Assembly: GCA_951406725.2 (NCBI GenBank) | Contig: OX597818.1 | Span: forward strand, 77,748,001 to 77,812,000 | Direction of reading: 5' to 3' | DNA from: Octopus vulgaris | Lineage: Eukaryota | Length of the DNA stretch: 64,000 nt | Shown here: piece after piece, positions 51,493 to 64,000 of the stretch | Layout of the letters: the number at the start of each line of letters is the position of its first letter | How positions within the stretch are numbered: the stretch's first letter is position 1 | Translations under genes and position numbers: made by a program | Notes under the pieces: model-generated | Seen by the model: only the letters and a program-made list of their open reading frames with translations | Told to the model about the DNA's origin: nothing | Databases searched by the model: none

Positions 51493-52649
51493 TTGTGTAT
51501 AAATGTATGAATTTAGTTCTATCTCACATGCTTACATATGTTTATTTTCCCTATTTCTCCTCTACTCTTTAGAATCCCTTAAGTTTATATTTGTGTATAA
51601 ATGTATGAGTTTATTTCTCTCTATCTTACATCTGTTATCTATGTTTACTTTCCCTCAACAGAATGAAATAAATTTACTTTTCTTCTCTTCTCCTCTCAGC
51701 TTCAATACATCTATTTTTCCTGTCTTAAATTTACACACTTCTCCAATATTTACATCTAACATTACTGTGTATAATATAACATTCACTTATGTTATAACGT
51801 AACATTCACACACACATGTCAATACCTTCTTATTTTCTTTTTCTTCCTTTTTTTCTCTTCCGTCCTTTTCCTCATTCTTTCCTTCTCTTCTTTAACCCTT
51901 CCTATTAAATTTGTACCCTTTCTCCCTTACTCTTCTCTTCTTACTTATTCCTATACTTATTCTTACAAGTATACATCTTTGTCTTCCAGTTTCCATACTT
52001 TAATTTTATCTTTATTCAAAAAGACCCATCTACTACAGCAGAATTAATACTAGTGCTGATGCCATATAAAAAGCACTGGTGCTGGTGCCAATGTTAACAG
52101 CACTTGTTCTGGTGCCCCATATAGAGCACCCTGTACACTTTGTGGAATGGTTGGTGTTATGAAGGGCATCCAGCCACAGAAACCATGCCAGAACAGACAA
52201 TGGTGCCTGGTGCTGCCTCTGGCCTTACCAGTTTTGGTCAAACCATTTAACCCATGCCAGTGTGGAAAACGGATGTTAAATGATAATGATGATGATGATG
52301 GTTTTTATTTTTATATTTATAATTACTTCTTTGTAAATGGTCAAATTTTATATTTTAAATTACTAAGTTTTTACAGTATTCCTTCTCTTTGCATTTATCT
52401 TAACAAAAGTCACAATCTTCTTTTCTTTCACAGTGTAATTCCTTAACTTTGTCTTCTTGTTCATCACTTTTTTTTTCTTTTTTGCCTGTTTTGACCAAGA
52501 ATTTGCCTTCTGGATAATTTATCTTGTCAATGGTTGAATTTTAAAATTAAAACAACTAAACTTTAAAATTCTGGTATCTTTGCATAATATGGGCTTCATT
52601 TTGAGGCCTGTATATGCTAATATAAGCATCTTTATGTATGCTTGCAATA

Positions 52650-53222
52650 ATTCTAATTTTGGCACAAAACCAGCACTATTTTGAGGGGAGGGATAAGTGA
52701 ATATTATCGATCCTAGTACTTGACTCATACTTTATTTTATCAAGCCCCTCAGTGATATTTGAACTCAGAATTTAAAAAAACCCAGAAGAAATGTTGCTAA
52801 GCATTTTATCCAGTTTGGTAATTATGCTTGCAATAATCTTTTCTACTGGAAGCACAAAGCCTCAAATTTGGGGGAAGGGATTAAGTCAATTTCCTTGACT
52901 CCAGTGTGTAACTAGTTCTTAATTTATTGACCCTGAAAGGACAAAAGGCTAAGTTGACCCTGGTGGCATTTGAACTCAGAATGCGAAGACAGATGTAATA
53001 CCACTAAGCATTTCATCCGGGATACTAACGACTCTGCTAGCTTGCTGTAAAAATGGTTAAAAATTTCAAGGGCAGTAATTACATTGATTGTTCAACTGGT
53101 ACTTATTTAACCAACCCCAAAAGGATGAAAGGTAAAGTTGACCTTGGTGGAATTTGAACTCAGAATCTGAATGCTTAGTGACATTTTGTCTGGCATGCTA
53201 ACAATTCTACCAGCTTGTCACC
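52650..53222 (-). mobile_element. Cluster of three family A SINE copies
   Basis: Repeated atttgaactcagaa (B-box complement) near 52757, 52968, 53152. Confidence 0.7.
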
Positions 53223-53508
53223 ATAACTATGCTTGTAATAACATTATAATAAAATCTTAGTTGTGGCAAAAGATGATGATATGAATGTAAAAAAATAAAA
53301 TGACTTTAAAATTTTCATTCTTACTCTGTGTTGTTGTTGTCGTCATTATTTTAATGTCCACTTTTCCATGCTTTCATGGGTCAGACAAATTTTATTGAGA
53401 CAGACTCTTTACTGCTGGATGCTCTCCCATTCACTAACTCTCACTTGTTTCATTCATGCACACACACACACACACACACACACACGTATGTATGTATGTA
53501 TGTATGTA

Positions 53509-53583
<75 letters not shown>

Positions 53584-54027
53584 ATATATATATTATTGCT
53601 CTTTCATATGAAATATACAGAACTGCTAAAAAGAAGTGCCTGGGTCTAACCTGAGACAAAAGATAAGAATCAAGATATAAACTCAAATTAGGCAATCATA
53701 CTCATACATTTATAAATTCGATTAAAAAGGCATATAAATGGATTAATACATATTGACACATATGAAGATTTAAAAAAAATATTCACAAAATATAAATATA
53801 TATATATATAAATATACATGAAAATACATGTAAATAAAACCCATGTGGGATATGTATGGAAGGAAGTGTGAGAAAAAGAGGACTGATAAAAAAGTGGACT
53901 GAAAATTTTTTTTTGTATTGAAATTAAAAGCGGTTAAAAATTTTGATTAAAAGATCCATAGAGTTTGGTGCGTTTTTTAAAAATATAAATGGTATATAAG
54001 GTGCATAATACAGTTCGAGGAAGTTCA

Positions 54028-54118
54028 CTTTCAACAGCCGTTTCTAGAGCTCATGTCCTGGTAGAAAAATTAATAACTCTTGCAAACCATGTGGACAACA
54101 TCCACTTCATCAGGAAAG
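54028..54118 (-). ncRNA. Hammerhead-like motif with canonical CUGAUGA core and enlarged stem II domain
   Basis: Minus strand ctttc-CTGATGA-(62 nt)-GAAAC-ggct-GTT-gaaag. Confidence 0.45.
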
Positions 54119-54227
54119 GTATATAAAAACTCAACAACTCTCACCTCATATATATACTATTTTCCTAAACAACAGAGCCACTTATCCACATATATATATA
54201 TAAATATATATATATGTATATATATAA

Positions 54228-55475
54228 ATGCAGAGAACAACTTCCGCCACATTCCAGGCAGAAAAACTAGAAGTAGTTGATAGCTTCCATTACCTAGGTG
54301 ACCAAGTCAGTAGTTGGGGAGGGTGCTCTGAAAGTGTAGCTGCTAGAATAAGAATAGCTTGGGCAAAGTTCAGAGAGCTCTTACCCCTGCTGGCGACAAA
54401 GGGCCTCTCGCTCAGAGTAAAATGTAGACGCATGTGTACGAACAGCCATACTACATGGCAGTGAAACATGGGCTGTGACTGCTGAGGACATGCGTAAGCT
54501 CGCAAGGAATGAAGCCAGTATTATCCGATGGATGTGTAATGTCAGTGTTCATACTCAACAAAGTGTAAGTACCTTGAGAGAAAAGCTGGACCTAAGAAGC
54601 ATCAGATGTGGTGTGCAAGAGAGACGACTGTGCTGGTATGGTCATGTAGTGAGAATGGATGAGGATCGCTGTGTGAAAAAGTGCTACACCCTAGCAGTTG
54701 AGGGAACCTGTGGAAGAGGTAGACCCAGGAAGACCTGGGATGAAGTGGTGAAGCATGACCTTCAAACTTTAGGCCTCACCAAGGAAATGACTAGTGACCG
54801 AGACCTTTGGAAATATGCTGTGCTTGAGAAGACTCGGCAAGCCAAATGAGACCATAACTTCATTTGCCTGTGCCAGGGGTGTAACCAGCCCACCTGTGCG
54901 TACCTTTTCCTTCTTTGGACACTAATCTCTGCTTGCAAAGACCTGCTGAGGCAAGTGAAATCAGAACCAAAATCAAAATCAAAGTGAAATTTGATGATGG
55001 GCACAAGCACCATACGAGCATGATTGTTGCCAGCCTCGCATTACTGGCACTTGTGCCCTGTGCTAGTAGGGTGCTAAGAGCACCATCTGATTGTGATCGC
55101 TGCCAGAGCAGCTAACTGGCTTCTGTGCCAGTTGCATGTAGGAGGCACCATTCGAGTGGGATCGTTACCAGCATTGCCTTACTGGCATATGTAAAAAATT
55201 CGAGCGAGGTCGTCGCCAGTACCGCCTGACTGGCCCATGTATTAAAATTTGAGCGAGGTCGTTGTCAGTACCGCCTGACTGTCCCCCATGCCGGTGGCAC
55301 GTAAAAGCACTCACTACACTCTCAGAATGGTTGGCATTAGGAAGGGCATCCAGCTGTAGAAACTCTGCCAGATCATGGCTTGGTGCAGCCATCTGGTTTG
55401 CCAGCCCACAGTGAAACTGTCCGACCCATGCTAGCATGGAAAGCGGATGTTAAACGACAACGATGATGATGATGA
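54228..55475 (+). mobile_element. 5'-truncated RTE LINE with 3'UTR
   Basis: KLEVVDSFHYLGDQ, RWMCNVS, RGRPRKTWDEVV, tail ggatgttaaac(gat)n. Confidence 0.9.
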
Positions 55476-56009
55476 TATATATCTTTGATTTGTTGAGGCA
55501 AAATTTCTATAGCTGGATGCTCTTCTTGTCATCAGTCTTCACCCATTTGAAAGTATGGTAATATTTTCCCATAGTCAGACATGTTTTTCATAAAAGGCTG
55601 CAAACAAACAACCAACCTTGCTTGTGTGACAATGATGCTCATTTACAACTATCAGGCAATGTCTAAACAAGGACACACATGCACACACACACACTCACAC
55701 ACACACATCCGCAAACACAGAGAAAGTGAGATAAGAGATAAGTTTAATGTAATTCAAATAAATAATTAGCTTCACAATTTATACAGAATCAATTACAGTT
55801 TTTATAAAGTTTAAATGATCCAAAACAGGTCACCTTGATAGCTGGGTTATTAACCACACTAAATATTTACATTATAAGATAGTAAATAAATTATCCAACT
55901 TCCACATTTCACTAAGAATTTAATAATGAATGCTTTAGAACAGGGTTGTCAAGCATACCACCTTTGGTGATGTTTAGTCGAGTTCACGGCTCAATTTAAT
56001 TCATCATAT

Positions 56010-56919
56010 CATCATCATTTAACATCTGCTTTCCATACTAACATGGGCTGATTGAATGACTGAGGGCTGGCGAACCAGATGGCTGCACCAGGCTTCAATC
56101 CTGATCTGGCAGAGTTTCTAAAGCTGAATGCCCTTCCTAATACCAACCACTCTGAGAGTGTAGTGGGTGCTTTTATGTGCCACCGGCACGGGCCAGTCAG
56201 GCGGTACTGGTAACGACCTCGCTTGAATCGTTTACACATGCCACCAGCACAGGTGCCAGTAAGGCGATGCTGGTAACGATCTGCTGTGCTTACCTTGGAT
56301 TGCAGGGTAACCTGCTGTGCTTGAGGAGACTTATTGAGTCAAGTACATCAATATCAAAATAAATATCAAATGGAAATTGTAGTTACGATACCTGTGCTGG
56401 CGGCATGTAAAAAGCACCATTCGAACATGGCCGATTAGTTATGATACCTGTGCTGGTGGCACGTAAAAATCATCATTTGAACATGGCCGATGCCAGCACT
56501 ACCTTGACTGGATTCTGTGCTGGTGGCACATGACCTGCTGTGCTTGAGGAGACCTATTGAGTTAAGTACATCAACATCAAAATAAATATCAAATGGAAAT
56601 AGTAGTTGTGATACCTGTGCTGGTGGCAAGTAAAAAGCACCATCCTAATGTGGCCGATGCCAGTGCCGCCTTGACTGGCTTCTGTGCCGGTGGCATGTAA
56701 AAAGCACCAACCGATTGTGGCCACTGCCAGCCTCCCCTGGCACCTGTGCTGGTGGCATGTAAAAAGCACCCACTACGCTCACAGAGTGGTTGGCGTTAGG
56801 AAGGGCATCCAGCTGTCAGATCAGACTGGAGCCTGGTGCAGCCTCCTGGCTTCCCAGACCCCGGTCGAACTATCCAACCCATGCTAGCACAGAAAACGGA
56901 CGTTAAATTATGATGATGA

Positions 56920-56922
<3 letters not shown>
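56010..56922. mobile_element. Composite of RTE 3'UTRs: inverted copy (56010-56280) joined to a forward copy with internal duplications
   Basis: Tail motifs at both ends pointing outward; acctgctgtgcttgaggagac duplicated near 56310 and 56533. Confidence 0.75.
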
Positions 56923-56962
<40 letters not shown>

Positions 56963-57003
56963 CATATGTGTGTGTATATATATATACATACATATATATA
57001 CAC

Positions 57004-57042
<39 letters not shown>

Positions 57043-57063
57043 TACATACATATATATATATAT

Positions 57064-57101
<38 letters not shown>

Positions 57102-57330
57102 GAAAAAACAAGTCAAGATAGAAAATGCTAAAATAATTTTATAAAGAACATTTCAGTACCGGTTTCAGTCATTTGAGACCTTTTCAACTGTAACGATTAA
57201 ATAATTAAATTTAGAAAAATTAAAAGAAAAGTTTTTTTAAAAGAATATTTGCATAGTGTTCAAATATAAGTGCCATTTTCCTTGTTTCTGCCTTTCTCTG
57301 TCTCTCTTGTTTACACTTGTGGGTTCGAGG

Positions 57331-57371
<41 letters not shown>

Positions 57372-57489
57372 CACGCACATATATATATGCATGTATAAAT
57401 GTAATGTGAGATAATAGTTTCACTATGCATATATTATATACATAGTGAAAGTATTAAAACTGAAACTATTATCTCACATTAAAATAGAG

Positions 57490-57697
57490 ATGTTATTGTT
57501 TCACTTTTGATACGTAATACTGAAACAGTCTAGGCAAGAAGTTGAAACTTTTTTTGGCCCATGAGTCTCCATGGACCCTAAGTAGTGTATGTTTAAAATT
57601 TGAATGAAATTGGTTGAGTAGTTCTTGAGTTTTTGCGATGTATACATACAGACAGACAGATGGACAGACACACATTCTCAGTTTTATATATATAGAT
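57490..57697 (-). mobile_element. Helitron-like 5' fragment
   Basis: Minus strand TCtatatatataaaactgagaatgtgtgtctgtc resembles the start of 50522. Confidence 0.45.
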
Positions 57698-57699
57698 AA

Positions 57700-57930
57700 G
57701 AGGTATCAGATGTAGTGTTGAAGAGAGAAGACTGTGCTGGTATGGCCATATGATGTATGTGGATAAGCATAGCTACATAAAGAGGTGCTAATGTGAATGG
57801 AATCTGTGGAAGAGAAAGATCCTGGATGACATGGAATGAAGTGGTGAAAAATGACCTTCAGATATTGATCCTCACAGAGGACATGGCAAAGGACTGAGAT
57901 GATTGGTGATTTGCTGTGCTTGAGAAGACC
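57700..57930 (+). mobile_element. Decayed RTE 3' fragment
   Basis: Similar to 54595-54835. Confidence 0.65.
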
Positions 57931-59199
57931 TGTTCATCTTAGTAAAAATTAGGCACAAAAGGCATGGCATTTATTCCTATGCCTCTGCATACAATCTATT
58001 TCTGACAAATCTTTCCCCTTCAACTCATATTTCTAATACATCCCTCCCTCCACTTGTATTGACCACTCACTGCATTCCCCTCCTCTCTACCTATCACTCT
58101 CCTTTTATGCTCTTGTCAAGTTACCTGATGAATCCCTGCCCAACAACATATTTTTCAACTACCCCGTTCCTCCCACAATGTTTACTCACTGCTTCCTTTT
58201 CCTCCAACTCCTACTCTCTTTTCATTATTCCCATAAACTCACTATCCACTGCTCTGTACCACTTTCCTCTTTGCCAACTTCTCTTTCTCATTCTCTTCTC
58301 TCCTTTTTTCAGCTGGGGTAGCCATATATCTCACCCACAGCAAAGACACTTGTTTCTGTCCCTCAATTTTACTTTAACCTCTCCTCCCCTGGCACAGAGC
58401 TACCTCCCTCTATATTATCTTATTTGAGAGGTCTTTGTTCTAAGAGTTACTTGGTGATCTCATTGGTGCTGGTACCAAGTAAAAAGCACCCAGGACTTTA
58501 TGTAAAGTGGTTGGCATTAGGAAGTGCATCTAGCCATAGAAACCATGCCAAAGAAGACAAAAGATGCAGTCCTCTGCTTTGTCAGTTCCTCTCAAACTGT
58601 ATGTATACACATATTTTGTAGACGAGTTTTATTTTGCAAATCCCTGCACGCAAATATCTCATATTCTTACCTTTTATCATTGTTATAAATTTATTATGTA
58701 TATTGACCCCTTTAGCCATTAAGGGTATCCAGCATTATAAATAGAGTTTTTAGGAATAATTGTCCTTATCTGGCCCACAAATGCAAGAGTTACACAGTCC
58801 AATCTTAAATTGTATTGTACAGAACCTCTGTAACATTTAATCCCCTTTTATCAAAATCCTTTAGCATTATCTCTGCTATGACTAGATAATTTCATCATTC
58901 AAAAGTCTTAAGTCTATCAATTTCTTTGGGAATCTTTGGACTACAAACGCCCTGTTTCTGAGATCAGCTGGGGTTAAAATAGAATTGAAACTAATCCTTC
59001 ATTAGTGGAGTAGCATGAAAATGAGTACCAGTAATACACTGTAGAAGCGATTTATCCAGCATAATCTCATTAGGATCAGTGGAGTTAATAATTAATGAAG
59101 AGTTGTGGTATGCATCAAGTTATTTTATTTTTGGGGACTGTTTCTATCTCATCGTATGATTGTAATTAATTAATAATAAAGAGAACGGGGATGAGGAGT

Positions 59200-59907
59200 G
59201 GGTGATGGTGCGGTAGAATTACACTTCGTCCAGACTTTGTGTTATTGAGTCCTATTTTTAAGAAAGATAACGTTTCATTTTATTATTTGCCTTGGGGTCG
59301 AGTCGAGAGACTATTATCAAATTTACGAGAGGACCGACAGAAAAAAGCATCTGTGACAGAAGAGTAGACGTCTAATAAACAAACACAATTTGGCATTCTT
59401 TACATTTTTGGAATAGATTATTTTTTTTTAAAGTTCTCTACACGTTACCTCATGAATGTTTGTAAATATTATGAGGTTAGAGCACGAAAGTTAAATAAAT
59501 TAATGATATAAAATAATAATAGGAATTCATTTTATATGGTATGTGTAAGGCTTTTGAGCCCGTTTACGTGATATAATCAGCTTTATTTTTGGTTATTTTG
59601 TTTAAGATTCTTTCTTCTATTTATTTTCGCTGACATCGTCTGTTCACTTGACGTCTACCACAAAGGCGCTGGTCTGATACGCGGGTATAATCTCATTTAG
59701 TGTTGTACATCAGGCAAATAACCGCAGACGAATGTGTTGCTGTCTGTGCAAGGTGTCTGTGACGTGGGGGGATTCTCACACGTCTTGACATCTTTTTTCT
59801 TTGGGTCCCCCCACACCAACTAACTAACAAGCAACAATAACAACCCTTTCATTTTTGTTCCGTTTACTCCGCCTCTTCCAAACCTTCCCCTTTCTCCTCT
59901 TCACAAA
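59200..59907 (+). promoter_or_regulatory. Probable OAF promoter/5'UTR: repeat-free, CpG-retaining region with CRE-like TGACGT motifs
   Basis: Visibly more CpG than flanks, no SINEs, TGACGT near 59649 and 59760, directly upstream of the ATG. Confidence 0.45.
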
Positions 59908-60132
59908 ATGATCTTCAAAAAGAAGAAGAAATACGAACAGCTTTGTGTAGTACTCGGAGTATTGTTGGTGTCGTTGTCGATCGTGGCGAGTGAATTGGTG
60001 GTGAATGTGAAGAACAAAGGAGGTGATGTCCAGGTCGAATCAATTGATGCTGATACTGCTGCAAATACTATATCAATGTATTTCGTAAAGATAGACGGAA
60101 CCCATATATATCAGTTCATAGACTTCAAATCG
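59908..60132 (+). CDS. OAF: Out-at-first (OAF) homolog, first coding exon; gene continues beyond the window
   Basis: Basic N-terminus plus hydrophobic signal peptide, then ELVVNVKNKGGDVQVESIDADTAANTISMYFVKIDGTHIYQFIDFKS, resembling the OAF N-terminal domain; strong GTAAGT donor at 60133, phase 0. Confidence 0.88.
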
Positions 60133-60450
60133 GTAAGTGGTCCAGATTTCTTTCTTCATCTTTGCCCTGCTAAACCCCTGGCTCTCCTCACTTCCCCTCT
60201 TTGTTTGTCTTTAAAATAATGAAGCTTCAAATGAGCCGGATAGAAGGAAGGTTGCTTATTACCTATCCACGGAATTAGACACTTGTCTCTCCCATTCTTT
60301 CTCTCTCTTTCTTTTTTTTCTTTTCGGTAATTCTAAGGAAAACAGCCCTTGTATCATTTCCTTTTTTACTTACACACATCAACAGCCCCCATCAATAGAC
60401 ATGGTAACATCAGTTTCATTCTGCTACCACGGATCCGCTTTAATTATTTT

Positions 60451-60500
<50 letters not shown>

Positions 60501-60622
60501 TACATGTGTGTGTGTATAATATATCGCCGTGTGTCTTAAAATTACAACGGATGTATAAACATTGTTTACGTTCTTGTATATATATGTGTGTGTGTAGTAA
60601 ATCGTTTTGGTGTTTTGAAATT

Positions 60623-60672
<50 letters not shown>

Positions 60673-61713
60673 AATATGTGTTTGTATATATAAATATAAT
60701 ATATAGCCTATTCAGCGAAATTTAAGCCTTCATTATTGTCTTTTTTCATTTTGAATAACCTGAATGAAGTAACGAAAACACAGCTATACATACACACATT
60801 AATTATATACTCAGTGTGCAGCTTACACTGAGGGGAGACTAGTTTTATGAGGTGCCACAGATAGAGATAACAATAAACTTGCACATTGTGTGACATGACC
60901 CCTCCATCGGTAACGTATAAAGGAGTGTCCTGTGTGTTTAGAACGACAAAAAGATTAAAGATATCTTGTAAAAGTTACACCAGGCTATTTATTACTACCC
61001 TCACTGCGAGCTGCAACATTCCAGTGTACAGTATAGAATACACGCGCACATACATACATACACACACACGTATGTGTGTGTGTGTGTATAGAAGTTTGCT
61101 TCCCAACCATGTGGTCGGTCTTGAGTTCAGTCCTACTGCTCAGGACCTTGGGCATATATATTCTACTATAGCCCCGGGCTGACCAGTGGCTTGTGAGTGG
61201 AACTGAAAGACGTCCGAATATATATATATATATACATATATTCGGTGTCGGTTTGTGTGCGTTGTGGTAACGTAGTGGTTCAGTCAAAAGAGACCAATAG
61301 TATAAGTAGCAGGCTTGTTTTGTTTGACTAAAACCTTTAATGTGGTGCCCCAACATAGACGCAGTCCAATGACTGAAACAAGTGAAAGACATATGTATAT
61401 ATATATCTGTGTGTATGTGTGTGTGTGTGTGTGTGCGCGTAGCCAAATTGTTAAAGGCAACTTGTACCTATGAATTAGGGATAAATTCACATAGTTCGGT
61501 TTGATAAACATGTTTTCAGTATTGCTGTATAAATAGACTTTGTGGTTCTCCTCTCTCTGCAAGATGAACCTGTAAACAGCTCGACTAGTTTTGCTTTGTT
61601 ATTAATGCCAGTCGAAACAGGCCTTGATTTTACTGATTCAGACATCAGTACATTCGTTGATATGTGAGTGTCATTGTGACTGTATATATGCGTATCCATG
61701 TATGTATGTATGT

Positions 61714-61756
<43 letters not shown>

Positions 61757-62024
61757 AAACAATAGATGTGGCTGGTCTGTGAGGTTACTCTGGGTTTCAC
61801 ATCCACAAAGCGCTTAGCTTTACAGCATTTCTTTATAGGGTCTGAAGAAACCCTCTTATCTTTATACTCTACCACTCTATAACTTTATACTGAAGAAACC
61901 CTCTTATCTTTATATACTCTACCACTCTATAACTTAGAATGTGCTTCTTTTTCGGATTTATGATCTACTGGCGATATATATATATATATATATGCCTATA
62001 CATATATATGTATATTTATAACAG

Positions 62025-62080
62025 ATCCATATTACATACATACAAACATATATATATGTTTGTATGTATGTAATATGGAT
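62025..62080. repeat. Perfect 56-bp palindrome in OAF intron 1
   Basis: atccatattacatacatacaaacata-tata-tatgtttgtatgtatgtaatatggat. Confidence 0.9.
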
Positions 62081-64000
62081 GTTATAGATATATATATATA
62101 TATATGTGTGTGTGTGTATAGGTATATTATGATTTTACTTCGGCATATCAATACTAATGTTGGAGCATTGGAGATCAAAGCACACATAAAGCTATAAGAA
62201 TTATTTCATGTACTTTTGAAAGTTTCTAAAATTTTCATGACATCAGCAACACACACATACACACACCATTTTTATCTTTTACTTGTTTCAGTCATTGTAT
62301 TGCAGCCATGCTGGGGCACCACCTTGAAGGATTTTAGTCAGCCAAATCAACCCTACTATTTAACATTTTTAAGTCTTGTATTTATTTTACCAGTCTGTTT
62401 TGGGGATGTAGACAGACTGACATTGGCTGTCTGGTGGTAGTGGGGGACAAATTCTCGCACTCACTTGCATAAATATGTATATGTGTATATATGATGGACT
62501 CCTTTCAGTTTCCATCTACAAATCATCTCACAAGGTTTTGATTGGCCTGGGTCTATAGTAAAAGACATGCCCAAGATGCCACCCAGTGTTACTGAACCTG
62601 GAACCATGTAGTTGGGAGGCTGGTTTGGACCACACAGTCATGCCTCTGCCTATATGTATACTTAATTTAAAGACAAGAACATACTGATCATTAAACTTGA
62701 ATTATTTCCTTTTATTTAATTGTGATTCAAACCACATATGAAGAGAAAGAGAATTTTTTCTCTTAAATACTTTAAGTCAAATACAAAAATATTTAATTAG
62801 TCTAATGTAATTATTGACTGCATCAATAATGATAGAGTAATCTAATTTAAGAACCTCTTACCTTTCAACATTCAGATTTTTCTGTCAAATGTAAAAGAGT
62901 AAAGCCCCCTTTCAGTCATGAATGACCATGAGATTGCTCCTAGAAAGTTTATCTCCAAGGCACAAGTCTGGGAAAAGTTGTTTATGGAAGACCAGCAGTC
63001 TCCCATGCATACCAGCCTCCCCTCTCCATGCCACCAATGTTATCCAACGGAAAGGCAAAGGCCAATACAGCTTGGAGCCATTGATGTCGCAACTCATTTC
63101 TGCAGCTGAGTGAACTGGAGCAATGTGAAATAAAGTGTCTTATGCAAGAACACAACACACAGCCCGGTCCAGGAATTGAACTTACAGCCTCCTGATTGTG
63201 AGCTTGACACTGAGCCTTAAAGCTTATCTATTCACATTTTTTCTAATTAATCATGCATTACTGCAAAGCTACATACTTGTGTGTGTATGTTATTGCCATG
63301 ACTTCAAGTGATTTGCTGTAAACAAATGTCACCATCACACAAGTGTTGTCCTTTGTTTCCAATTTTTTGGGGAAATATGTCAGGTCATGGAGATAATTAT
63401 TTTGCTTGGAAATAGGTGAATGTTGGCAAGAGGAATGGCATCCAGTTGTAGAAAATCCACCTCAACAAATTCTGTCTGATCCATTCAAGCATGGAAAAAT
63501 GATTGTTGAATTATGATGATGATGAGGATAATGATATGATTATCATTTCATGTTCATCATCGTTTAAATCTGCCTTCCATGCTAGTATGGGTTAGATGAT
63601 TCATCATAGTCTGAGTTCTTATTTGGTGTTACTGCTCTCTTAGGTGGGTTGAAGAACCACTTTTCTCTTGTGCATTCCATGTAGGCAAAGATCCCTACCA
63701 CTGGATGCACTTCCTATCACTGACCTCATTACACAATTTAACCAGCACAGTCTATCATGATATGTGCCCAGTACATATTATTGTGGAACCTGTACTACAC
63801 TTTTTTTTACTGTTTGTTTGCTAACCACTTTACAGAGTGTACAGGTGCATTTTATGGCAGTAGCTGAAGTGAGGTTGTTATGTAAAATCTGTTGTTTAAG
63901 GCAATATGCTCAAAAGGGTGAGTAGAAGAACCTAGGTGAGAGGATAAAAGGAGAGAGAGTATGATGGGAGAGAGACAGATTGATTGAATTGAGGGTGGTA

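Noticed and set aside
60133-64000. OAF exon 2
   Set aside because: No sequence matching the expected continuation found; presumably beyond the window

Overview
AT-rich, microsatellite- and transposon-dense eukaryotic DNA. The repeat repertoire (RTE LINEs with an internal Cys/His finger, tRNA-derived SINEs, R4/Dong LINEs, Penelope-like elements) looks like an octopod cephalopod genome; this assignment is an inference. Two host genes are supported, both on the + strand: a complete 3-exon mitochondrial seryl-tRNA synthetase (SARS2-like; 15401-15697, 16945-17317, 24477-25201; 464 aa) and the first coding exon of an out-at-first (OAF) homolog (59908-60132). The rest is mostly nested mobile DNA: mariner, Tc1 and Chapaev-like relics, several MITEs, Helitrons, RTE, CR1-like and R4/Dong LINEs, a Penelope-like element and dozens of SINEs. 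The most interesting signals are (i) an ORF1-only, TSD-flanked L1/Tx1-like ('half-L1') element whose 3' tail is shared with a SINE subfamily, (ii) several hammerhead-ribozyme-like motifs with non-canonical cores in (TA)n-anchored Penelope-type terminal repeats, one duplicated as a 259-bp palindrome, and (iii) SINEs carrying different LINE-derived tails. Most ORFs in the supplied track are microsatellite artefacts.
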